From contig JBFLGF010000216.1 in the NCBI GenBank assembly GCA_050230475.1, positions 1 through 64,000 on the forward strand: 64,000 bases of DNA, written 5' to 3'. Both the position numbers and the translations under genes were made by a program. This DNA comes from Ancylonema sp. (Eukaryota). The notes under the pieces were generated by a model. The model worked only from the letters and a program-made list of their open reading frames with translations. It did no database searches and had not been told where the DNA came from. Positions 25,497-36,519 of the stretch are shown here, one piece after another; position 1 is the first letter of the stretch; every line of letters starts with the position of its first letter.

Positions 25497-27768
25497 GGGG
25501 GGGAGGGGGGGGAGGGAGGGGAGGGAGTGGGGGAGTAGGGGGAAAGTGGAGGAGGAGGTGGTGGGGGGGGGTGGGGGTGGGTGGGGGGGGGTGGGGGGGT
25601 GATGATGCTTGTGAGAAGGGATGGTATGTGGGTTTTGTCCTACTATTTTGTGTTGGGGGTGTGGTCAATTCTGTACAAAATAAATGGCTAGGTAATTATG
25701 ATGATACATGAATCCACTGTGCTTCGCAAGTCATCTAGAACACAACAAATGCTTAGTCGTGGTTGTAGTCATGTGTTCAAGGGTTGAGTTTAGTGTGCTT
25801 GAAGGTTGCTATTGACCTGATAACTAGTGAAGGATGATTACTCGTAACCGCGCTCAATAGACAAGATAGGCATTATTGCCTGTGATTTATAACCTGTTTG
25901 AGTCTCTTTTTAGGAGGCAATTATTGTGCCCACACTAGCGTTTATACACAATTAATAATAACAATTGAGGCTACAGAGCGCTATTATATGCCCAAGTTTT
26001 ATTATTCTATGAGTAGGATTACACGTAAATAAAACAAACACGAATACAAAAGATGGGGCTGCACGCTACAAATTTGAGCGTGAGCGCACGTCAAACAATT
26101 TAAAGCACAATAAAAAGAGTTGCAACGGCAAGTTATAGTTGAGTGTGGCAACACGTATGATTAGGTTAAACACGTTTGATTACTTGCCCTTTTCGGTACT
26201 CACACAAATGAAATGCAGATGGGCAACTTGCAGGCAACCATTCAAATATAAATATCCTGTCATATCACAAATATTCATAGGCATCATAAGTGTCATTTTC
26301 TAACATAGTGCTAAATACTTATTATTAGCGAGTCAATAGAAATGACTCGCTCAATGATGTCTAACATTGAAACATTCAATATTCGTTTGTACAACGTCTA
26401 ATCCACACAATTGGGTGTCTCTGTACACTGTAATATAAGTATTAAAAGGAACGATTGTTTTTTTTCTTTGGCTTTTTTTTAGTGTGGAAATTTCAGGGTA
26501 TGGTAGGACATGTTCGGATAAAGTAAGGTATTTTAGGGTTTTTGAGGATATTTTCGGGTATTCAAGGGTATTTCAGGGTACCATACCCGCCGTATTTAAT
26601 GTCCCGCTACTTAGTCCGCACTTTAGTTTCAAGTGGGGCGAAAAACCAGGTAATAACCACTAATTCCCAGGTCGGCTCTTGGGGACTTAAGTCACTTTAA
26701 TTCCCGGTTTTTTATTTTTGCCTGGGGCCTGCTCTTTTACTAAGATCTCAGTGCGTTTTTTTAGAGATCGGTGAAAAATGAGACATGACCTTAATGAACG
26801 GGGAGAGTCCATAATGGAATCCTCACAGAAGGTGGTAGGTTGATAGTAACGATGATTTTATTTTGTCATTGGAGCGATTTTTTAATCATGGTTAAAATGA
26901 TGGTAACCAAAGAGCGTTTGCAAATAGTGTTATATGTGAAATTAAAAAAAGTTCAAGTTCCGGTGTTTTAGTGAGAAAATTCACGACAGTAAACGAACGT
27001 GATTCAGTGCATGCACAACATCCCCAAACCAAAGGAGGGCTCGCTGTTTTAAGCTGGGTTACGGGTGGTAAAACGGTTCCGGTGCCCTACTCGTGGGAGC
27101 CAGGAAATCCGAATATTATGCACGGGATTTTAGGTTGGGGGATACTAAGGATAGGGAGGATCTAAGGATATGGAGGTTCTAAAGAATGTTATTCGAGGCC
27201 TAAACGGGAAAAAAAAATAGAGTGTGAAGGAACTAAGGGCTAGTTTGATTGCAACACACATTTTAAAATGAAAGTATCTAAATTGATACCGGGCCCGGGA
27301 AAAAAAAGGAAAAAAACAAAAACAATTAACACGTCAGATATAGAGGGGAAGTTACGTATCAAATTAGAAAGAATCCTTATTAATTAGAAGAGTATTATTT
27401 AAGATACGTTTTACTGTATAGGGTGGGGCAACTGTAGATAATCAATCGAGAGGAAAGGGGTGGGCGGAATGTTGGGGTGGGAAAACTAATTCACAGGGGG
27501 GTGGGCAGATTGCTGGGGCATCGACGTATTATTTCCAATTGGGTTGTGCTAGGATATGAAATATGGCGGGTACGGTACACTCAAACCCCGGTTCAAGAAA
27601 CTTCGATATAAGAAACTCCTCAGTAAAGGGTTGAAAAAAAAAAAACGTTATTTTTCCCCATATAAAACTCCCCCGATATGAGTAACTCCCCCGATACATG
27701 AAACAAAACAAAATAAAATTTACTAAAATGTACTATTACGGGTTTCTTATACGTAGAAAAAACCATAG

Positions 27769-28260
27769 ATGGCCCCGCCCCGGGTGGGCAATTTTTCGCC
27801 CGGAGCGCCGCCCGGGGCGGAAAGCGGGGCGGGATTTTCGGGGCGGGGCCATAGGCCAAACAACAAAAAAAAAAAAATGCCGCAATGCGGAGATATGGTT
27901 TGTTTTGTAAAAAACCGACTTCTTGCACAATGTGCACCATACGCCACAAGTCCAACATCGTCTAATGTCACCCATGAGTCCGACTCCGTGGCGTGGTGTG
28001 GTATAATGCGATTTAAAAAAAAAACAAAAAAAAAAAACTTGAGACATACAAAAGAATATTACACGGGGAAAGATGGCAAGCGTACTTAGTGTTATAAAAT
28101 CTTGAATACTTGTCGGATTTGACTTTTTAAAAGATGTGCATGATCTACGTGATCTTGGGGTCCTTTTTCGGAAAACCTAAAAAACCTCAATGGCCCCGCC
28201 CCGGATGCGTAATTTTCCGCCCGGGGCGGAAAGCGGGGCGGGATTTGCGGGGCGGGGCCA
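27769..28260. repeat. Two related GC-rich palindromic units (27769-27852 and 28191-28260) in AT-rich DNA
   Basis: Stems ATGGCCCCGCCCCG/CGGGGCGGGGCCAT and TGGCCCCGCCCCG/CGGGGCGGGGCCA with shared core CGCCCGGGGCGGAAAGCGGGGCGGGATTT. Confidence 0.8.
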
Positions 28261-28768
28261 ACTATGGAAAAAACCACTCACGTTATTTTCCCCATGATAA
28301 ACATCCTTTATAATTCATACTTCGTATCTGAGTTTCCTCACATAATTTCTCGCAACCGCTTGTAAATAATAATTTACGCGTAGAACGTGAGTACACATAT
28401 TATCACGAAATCTTCTCAGGTGCTCCGATTCAGGTATTGCACGTCCACATGTGCAACAAATATTATCGCATGCTCAAATATTTGATTCCATGGATCCACG
28501 TGTTCAACCCTCGTTATAAGAAACATCATCTCGAGGTCTCCCATACAAAGTTTCTTATACATAGTATGAGAAATATTTGCTATAAAAAACTATTCCCCCA
28601 ACATTTTTGGGATTCTTATCTCGGGGGTTTGATTGTACCTTGGGATTTTTCCGGTTACATTAGGGTATTTTAGGGTATTTTTTACAGGTTACTTCAGGGT
28701 TTCACCAAGTTACGTTGAAACAAAATCTGGGTTACCGCAACTAAATCGGTAATGAACATAAGTGACTA

Positions 28769-29289
28769 CAGTGCAGTCTTATTATCACATTGTCACATTA
28801 TCGAATGCGAAGGCAATCACTATACAACTGTATAGTGACATTTGATTGGGCGACATTAGGCAAATGGTACTATATTGAGAGAAAGTGAAATCCAGGTTGG
28901 TATTTTTGTGGCTCATCTAAAACGGCGTTTGTTATATTATCCTCTCGCTACAGGAACACCTGTCTACATGACTCATGCTGGAACCATCACAAAAATGAAA
29001 GTAAACTGGTTCTTAATTTGCACTTCAAATTTTGGGTGAAACCGAAATCGGGCGAAATATTTTATGTTACAGTAGACATAATAATAATTTCAAGTATTAA
29101 CTTAGACAAGTTTCATCGTATAGTGACATCGGAAGATGGGATTTTTTATGCTTGTGTGGTTTTTTTGTCACTATATCGTATGTCACTATAGCATGTAGGT
29201 TTTCATCTAGGATTAGTAAAAGGACAAAAAACGTGTCATTATGTCGAGATTGTCACTGTAAAGTGTGTCATGAGATCCAGACTGCAATG
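28769..29289. mobile_element. Tc1/mariner-like MITE (521 bp)
   Basis: TA|CAGTGCAGTCT ... AGACTGCAATG|TA (11-bp TIR, 1 mismatch, TA flanks); repeated TCACTATA/TATAGTGA motifs. Confidence 0.7.
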
Positions 29290-29399
29290 TATACACCACT
29301 CCCTCGATATAAGGACCCTTTTTATAAAGACAACCTCGATATAAGGACAGATAGATTGAACTTTCTTAAATTCAATACAAAATCGCCCTCGATATAAGC

Positions 29400-31561
29400 A
29401 TAACAACCACTGATCCCAGTCTGGCCTTGTCATGGCCTGGTTCAGTGTCAAAGGGTCGGAGGAGTTAGCAGACATGGCCACCATGCGAAATCCAGAGTCA
29501 GAGGGGCCGTTGAAGCCTGTGAAGAAGCGCGTTGCCTCCCACTCCTCGACCTGAATAGCTGCTTCCAGCGCCTCGTCGTTGAACTCCTCCCCATCATATC
29601 AGAGGACATCCCCAAAGTGGGCGAAGTTCGCCCTCCTCCTCCCCATCACACGCTTAGCTATGCTTTCAGCATTTACCCCTGGGTTGGCACCCCCTCCACC
29701 CCCTCCTTGGACTTCCTCCTCCTCGCCTGCCACGCTTGCGTTGTCGATTCCCGATTGACTGTCTGACAGCTCAATCAAATCGATGGGGACCTCAGCAGCT
29801 GGTGGTGGCGGAAACTGATTTTGGGTCACTCATTTATGCAATGAAACACACCAGACCGGATATTGCACATGCACTGGGGGTAATGGCAAAACACATGGGG
29901 AATCCTGGGACTACTCACATCAAAGCCTTACACCAACTGCTCAGATATTATAAGGGAACAGTCGATCACGGACTCTGCTACGTGAAGCAAAAGAGGAAAG
30001 AGGCTAGAGATCAGGGGGTACTGTGATGTTAGTTGGAACAGGCTGCAGTATGACTGGGAAGTCGGTCACAGGGTGGGTCACTACTGTTGGGGGGACTGCT
30101 TTAAGCTGGAAGTCACAGAAACAGTCTACAGTCGCACAGAATACAGCAGAGGCTGAATATATTGCTGCCTGTAGTGTGTCTAACGAATGTTGTTACCTGA
30201 AGTCGCTCTTGCATGAGCTCAAACTCCCTAATGAAATACAGTGACTCCAGCCGCACTCTCAATGATCCAGAACCCAGTCGAGCGCCAGAAGGCCAAGCAT
30301 TTCAATGTGGTGTACCACTGGATGAGGGAGAGTGTCACAGAACTGGGAGGCTGAAGTATGTGTATCTGGCAGGGGCCAATCAACCAGCCGATATGTTCAC
30401 TCAGGCTCTTCCACAGGTCTTGCTTGACAGACACGGAAAGTCTCTCGGTTTTGGGAGGGTTCACTGAAATGGGGGTGCATATTAAGTTCTAGAAGTTTCG
30501 GCTGCCATTCTATGTTTGGCAGGGGGTGTATGTTATGTTTTATTCTCTTGCAGAATGCACCTGTGGAGGGCCCTCAACGCTCGTCTATCCAGCTAAGTCA
30601 CCCCACTCTTTTTCTGCCCTGAAAACACTTAAGGACACCTGAAAAGTTGCAGATCTGCTTGCATCTATAGTTGTCAGTTGTTCTGCTGAATTATGTGAAA
30701 TGTGTTTTCATCTATGTTATGTATATTGTGTGAAAATTTCATTTGTTTTGGTGAAGTTTTGAGAAAGTTGTGATGTTTTGAGTATTTAAAGTTATTCGGA
30801 GAAAATTGCAGAAAGTTGACTTTTTGGTCATTTTTGTATTGCCCTAACTGGTGGTATTTGTTTGTATGTTCAGGGCTTCGGCCCGAAAAAACGACTGAGG
30901 ATCTGGAGCTATTGACTTCTGGAGTTCCGATCGGCTTCCGATCGGCTGCCGATCGGCTGTGATTTTAGATAGCGCCCCCTAGCACGCTTGTATGCTAGGG
31001 AAGACCTTACTACCCCATGGGCTATGCAATGGTACTGCCATGACTTAGCTGTAGATAGGGTAGTCCCTTGGTGCTGACTCAATGCCAAACTTGGCATGGC
31101 ATCCGAGGGGGTGTGTAGGTTTGTAGGAATTATATCGGATAGCCATGCTTGCTAGTATGCTAGTCCGGGCTACCGGTTAGTATAAGTTAGTGTAACCGGT
31201 AGGATTCCTAGGGTGTGCTTGTATTGAGGGGCCGGACTTATGTCCGGGCACCCGAATATGACGTTTCGATTGTGCCGTTTGTGGAACGTGTGGTCTAGAT
31301 GGTTCCGGATCTAGACGTTATGTCTTGTCAGACTGTCCGGCATGTGCCGTTGACATGATGTGACTGTTGTTGTGTTATGATAGGCCGACGGTCCGCAGCA
31401 CCGACCGTCGGCACACTTTGTTGATTCTCGATTTGTACTGATGCCGACCAAATAATTATTCTTCCAACACAATACTTGTCATTGATCATCTTTGAGAGAC
31501 CGTAGTCCCTTGTACGGAAAGAACCACACATCTCGCACACCTATCACGTATAACGCTAAAA
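29400..31561 (+). mobile_element. Truncated, internally inverted copia element (subfamily B)
   Basis: 29400-~29820 is the IN-RT linker and RT start on the minus strand (RRRANFAHFGD, DPLTLNQAMTRPDWDQW). ~29820-30467 is RT end and RNase H on the plus strand (GSLIYAMKHTRPDIA, WKSQKQSTVAQNTAEAEY, NQPADMFT). PPT ~31103-31113, LTR 31114-31561. Confidence 0.88.
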
Positions 31562-32184
31562 TCGAACCGGCGTCTGCCAAATGCGGACGTCCGGCAAACG
31601 CCCATACGGCCAAACTTGTACTTCAAATTTTTTTTGCACCCCTCAAAATTGCTGAATCCGTGTTGGCGAGGAATATTTGGGTGTTTCGGGTTTTTTTAAT
31701 AAAAAAAACCCAAGCAACTGCGTAGTAAGCGTCCGTTCTACGTCGCTAGCAAATTAGTTGCAATGCACACAAGATTTCATGGCGAAAGGCCGGGATGGCA
31801 ATGATGCCCGGAGCCGGAAAATATGGTTTGGTTTTGGTAGTAATGGTCAAGTCGGAGAGAGTGCAATACATGAGTTGATAGAAATGCCGAGGTAGCATTC
31901 CTACCGGCTAGATATAGGAAAGTCGGCCCTAGCCGACTCTGGGAACAATGTGGGATAACTAACTCAAATTCGGCCAAGTACACAACAGAATCTGGCTGAA
32001 TGCACAAGTGCCATGGCTAAAGACACAACATAATACTCCCTAGGGGCGAGGCGGCCGCTAGGGACACAAGTCCCACTATAAAGGGGGAAAACTAGCTATA
32101 GGGAAATATGCTCTAGTAGCACTCTAGCGCTAAGTGTGGGGACCTCGCTAGGGAGCCCTAGTGACTGTAGCGAGGGTCCTAACA

Positions 32185-32641
32185 GCTATAGTGACATACG
32201 TTATAGTGACCAAAAAAGTTCAGAGTTTACTATTGCGATGTCACTATACACTGAAACTTGTCTAAATTTTTACCGAGAAAATTAATAACCTGTATAATCT
32301 CATGTAAATTATTGCGCCCGATTTCGGTTTTCACCCAAAATCTGACATGTTATTTAATAACCAGTCTAATTTGAATTTATTTATTGTTTCAACATTAGTC
32401 ATGCAAACACGTTTTACTGTAGCGAGAGGATATTGTAACAAATTTCCGAGGTGGCCATTAAGATGAGCCACCTCCTGTAAAAATACCGAACTAAATCTCA
32501 CTTTCTCTCGATATGGTGATATTTGTCTATTGTTGCCCTATCAAATGTCACTATATAGGGTATAGTGACAGGCCTAGCATTCGATATGGTGACATCATAT
32601 CCCCATGTCTATAAAATTGACACTATATCAAGACTGCATTG
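32185..32641. mobile_element. Diverged partial inverted copy of the 28769-29289 MITE
   Basis: Reverse-complement similarity over ~430 bp (e.g. GCCCGATTTCGGTTTTCACCCAAAAT vs ATTTTGGGTGAAACCGAAATCGGGC); ends AGACTGCATTG|TA. Confidence 0.75.
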
Positions 32642-33215
32642 TAGTGCATGTCCTTCTACAATGGAATCATAGTACAAGGACAATTGAACAACGATATTCG
32701 TACGAGTCATGATTGCGAAGTGGTGATCGTCGTTATTCTCGTCATAGCATTTCCCCTTTTTAGGTATTCATGGTCATCTCGACTTTCCATAAGTACACCT
32801 TAGGAGGATTACTTTAAATTACCCAAAAAGCTAGTTCCACCATCAAATTTTCAATGGCGATAATGTATGGGCTTTTGTTATATCCAATGACTAGTCTACA
32901 AAAATTGAACACTCATTCCATGTTAATGTGAACTACCTTGGTGTCTCGTACCCATGCCAAAAACAAGAAATAACTAATATGGGGTGTTTTATGTCAGCAA
33001 TCCGTTCGTCAATATGTCGATAAATGTCATGACAAAAAAACATGCTAAATCTTCATCAATTCTAATTTTGAACTCAAACATTTTGATCAGCGTTAATTTT
33101 TAACCCAATAATGATGTATCTCATGAATTATTAATATTATCAGGTTCACCCTTCAATCTTTTTTTAACCTTATTAATTATCGCCGGCGTTTTAAGGGCCT
33201 AAAATTGCAGATAAA

Positions 33216-34338
33216 TCATCTGCAGGGAGGCCAAGCAAATGCTCTGGGCTCCGGCCTCCGGCCTCATGAGCCCGGAGCCCAAGCCTCATGAGCCCAGAGC
33301 CCGGATCGGAGCCCAGAGCCCGACTGAGCCCAAATGAGCCCAAAGAGCTCCCAGCCCAACATGAAAATTTCAGAAAAGTAAATCACTCCGCAAGGCCACT
33401 AGTGAAGAGGTAGGTACTCCATTACGGGTAGCTAATAGCACACCCTCTTCATCACACTATTGATCGTTCATAATTAAAATTTGAGAAAATCCTAAGTATT
33501 TTCCGCGAAGTTGACAATTTCAAGGTCATATTTGTGTACTAGATTACTTATCATGTTCACTTGGATCACTAGGAGTGATTAGCATGGTAACTATCTTTCA
33601 CTCTCCATCTTCTTGTTTCCATTGATGTTCGAGACTACGTAGGAGTGTTTACTACTCCCCTATCGGACAATATTAAGCAAAAAACATGATAGAGTGCGTG
33701 CCTTTGGATCAAAATATATGTGTTTTCTGCACATATATGTGACAAGTGAGTGAAAGTAATACAAAGCATGTATATTGATCAATCGTGTGAAATACTTATG
33801 TACCACACTAGCGTGTGAGGCTAGTGAGAAGACTGAGTCTACGTCCAATAGTGCTCAATAAATGTAATTCAATATGAGAGGTAAAATTCCGTGAAGTCCA
33901 TAACACCCAAGCTAGACATGAAGACCTCTTTCAATGGACGCTTGTCCCCCGTAAAAGATGTGGTATCGCTTTCGTCGACGTCACCGTCCGAAGGTAGGGT
34001 GGAATGCACACTCCAGTTCCAAATCTCCTCGAAATCATCCAACCCCTCCAATCCGAACGTGACTCACCTAAACCCTCGTCCTTTTTTTCCCAGGTGTAGA
34101 TTTCGCTTCCCAATGAGCCCAAATGAGTCCAAATGAGCCCAGATGAGCCCAAATGAACCCAGATGAGCTCAAGGGAGCCCAAATGAGCCCTTCGTTTTTG
34201 GGCTCTGGGCTCTGAGCTCCGGGCTCCGATCTGGGCTCCGGCCTCTTTGGGCTCCTTGCGCTCGGAGGCTAGGATTTTTCCGATTCTCCGGATCTTGTGG
34301 GCTCTGGGCTCATTGGGCTCCGGTCTCCCCGTACCCTA
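33216..34338. mobile_element. Older hAT-like non-autonomous element of the same GAGCCC-motif family as 8815-9262
   Basis: Right end GGTCTCCCCGTACCCTA; degenerate left end aligns with the left end of the 8815 element; degenerate 8-bp TSD CAGATAAA / CAGATGAT; GAGCCC arrays at both ends. Confidence 0.7.
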
Positions 34339-34353
34339 CAGATGATGCCCAGG

Positions 34354-35460
34354 TAGGGATGCGCTCCCCCGTCCCCCGGGTCCCCCGTCCCCCGGCCTCT
34401 TACGGGGGATCCACCGTCCCCTTCTACTCAAATTACGGGGGAATACGGGGGACGCAGCCGCTGGTTGGGAAAACGGGGGAATCGGGGGATGCGGGGGAGG
34501 AAACGGGGGAAACGGGGGAATTACGGGGGACACGGGGGAGATGACAAAGTTGGTCTCACAAAAATTGAATATATGTGTTATTGAGGTTGACTACTTGCAA
34601 TGACATGTTGAGTACATTGTCCATCTACGTAGAATGTTACACTCCCCATATTACCTTTTCATTAGCGCTCGTTACTTGTTCATGTTGTGTACATCGCCAT
34701 ACTTTTTAGTGCAATATCACAACAAATGCAAGTAGTTCAACATAAGACACTTTGTACTTCATCACAGTATCAATGATATCGTATCATCATTCATGAGCAT
34801 GAACTTTCGCCATATTAATGGTATTGGCAACACCGTATTGCATTTGAATATCTTGCAATATGTATTGTGTAACTTGCCTCACACATATTTAGTATAATTG
34901 TTGTGAGTTTTTACTTATATTTTTAATTACCTCATAACATATTATATAATCATAACTTACAATTACTTATCCTCACAACCTCTGACGTGCAAGGCGTACA
35001 ACAAATGCGTCAAATGGGACTTTCCTACTAATACGTCACTTGCATCACTTGTAGTGACATAAAAAAAACATGAAGATAATAAACACATGCAATACGTCAC
35101 TTTAAACATTGGTCATCAATAATAATAGACGACATGAACTTCAATTATATTTCAACACGTGATTATGTGTATTTTGAATCATCAAACTCTTGTGCTAATG
35201 TTTTTTTGTTCCACTTCTCCCCGAGTTGCCAACCGGTTCATCCTCTTTGCCCCCCGTTTTCCCCCGTTTCCTCCCCCGTGTCCCCCGTTGTCCCCCGATT
35301 ATCCCCCCGTTTCCTCTGTTTCCCCCCGTGTCCCCCGTATGCAACCGTTGCGGCTGGGATTATCCCAGCCGCGGATGGTCCGCCGTATATGGGGGAGGCG
35401 GAGGGGGGACGGGGGAGTCCGCCACCCCCTATTGATTTCAAACGGGGGAGCGCATCCCTA
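34354..35460. mobile_element. Non-autonomous hAT element (1107 bp), Ac/Ds-like terminus
   Basis: Perfect 19-bp TIR TAGGGATGCGCTCCCCCGT; perfect 8-bp TSD TGCCCAGG (34346-34353, 35461-35468); subterminal ACGGGGG/CCCCCGT arrays; AT-rich core. Confidence 0.93.
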
Positions 35461-35513
35461 TGCCCAGGAGCTAAGTTGATGCTAGTTAACAACAAGCCCC
35501 CACAATTTAAGAC

Positions 35514-36348
35514 GGGAAATGTTACGCGCAGACTGGCAACGACTCCGCGCAGACTAAATCCTGCGCGCAGAATGCGTAATCGCGCCCAGTCGGCCATTCT
35601 CATACCGGCTGGTGATTTGGCCGTTAGAAACTTGACGTCAAAATTAATCACATAACCCGGACTGCACACGTGTAACAATATTGCCACATCAGCCGAAACG
35701 AAGCATGAGGTTCGGTAGCCTCCCTTTCTACTCAATTCGGCCTCTACTGCACCCTGATGCTACTAGCCGACCTTCCACTGCGGGCTATTGTCATCGCAGC
35801 CCTTCAATTTAACCGACCTGAGCGAATATGCCACCAAATTGAAGCGGAGACACGACACGCGATCTCACTTTCAAATTGTATTGAAAAAAAAAAACGTAAA
35901 ACAATTTTGACGCCACAATGTAGCAGCACAGTAAATGAAACAATATTATGGCAAGAAAGCACACGCGAACAGCATAACAGGAAGAATTAAAAAAAAAAAA
36001 AAAAAAAAAATTTGCGGAAGATACAGAAGAATGTCAGAGAAATATATTCATCGTGAAATTTTGAAGAAAGGTGGGGTATGCACTCGATGCGGATAAGTCG
36101 TGGCTGCCAAGGAAGGTAGTAAAGAGAGCGAATCGGGAGAGGCCGTCGGTCGGATGAAGCTGGTTCACGTACAGCGGCAATTATGCCACGATAAACCGAG
36201 ATACTACCAAAGATTCACGCCAACATCGATTTTACGGGTAGTACCGGGAGAGTCCGGGTAGTTCGACGGCAAGTTTTGAACGGCCAAATCACCAGCCGGA
36301 ACCCTTAGTCTGCGCGGAGTCGTTGCCAGTCTGCGCGTAACATTTCCC
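35514..36348. mobile_element. Non-autonomous TIR DNA transposon (835 bp), Mutator- or Merlin-like
   Basis: Perfect 44-bp TIR GGGAAATGTTACGCGCAGACTGGCAACGACTCCGCGCAGACTAA (35514-35557, 36305-36348); perfect 8-bp TSD TTTAAGAC. Confidence 0.9.
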
Positions 36349-36519
36349 TTTAAGACAGGCCACGAATAAAATGCCACCAACCACCGCCTCTGCCGCCGCC
36401 GTCCGTCCGACCGTCCAGCCGCATTTTATGCGGACGACAAGCGTTGAGCGGTTGGTGGGCGATCGGCCCACCGCCGACCGATGGTGGATTGAATTTGTTT
36501 TTGCCATGGCAAAGTCAAG

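Noticed and set aside
24326..25668. Pro-rich, Gly-rich or poly-Lys/Phe ORFs around SFC1
   Set aside because: Products of homopolymer and hexamer tracts in introns and UTR
26490..26590. Interstitial telomeric repeat (TTTAGGG-like), also 28650-28700
   Set aside because: Units are AGGGTATTT-like, about 10 bp and degenerate, not a TTTAGGG array
28769..32641. Single large foldback transposon with ~430-bp TIRs
   Set aside because: The left arm has its own closing TIR at 29289 and the arms are clearly diverged, so two independent copies is the simpler reading (not fully excluded)
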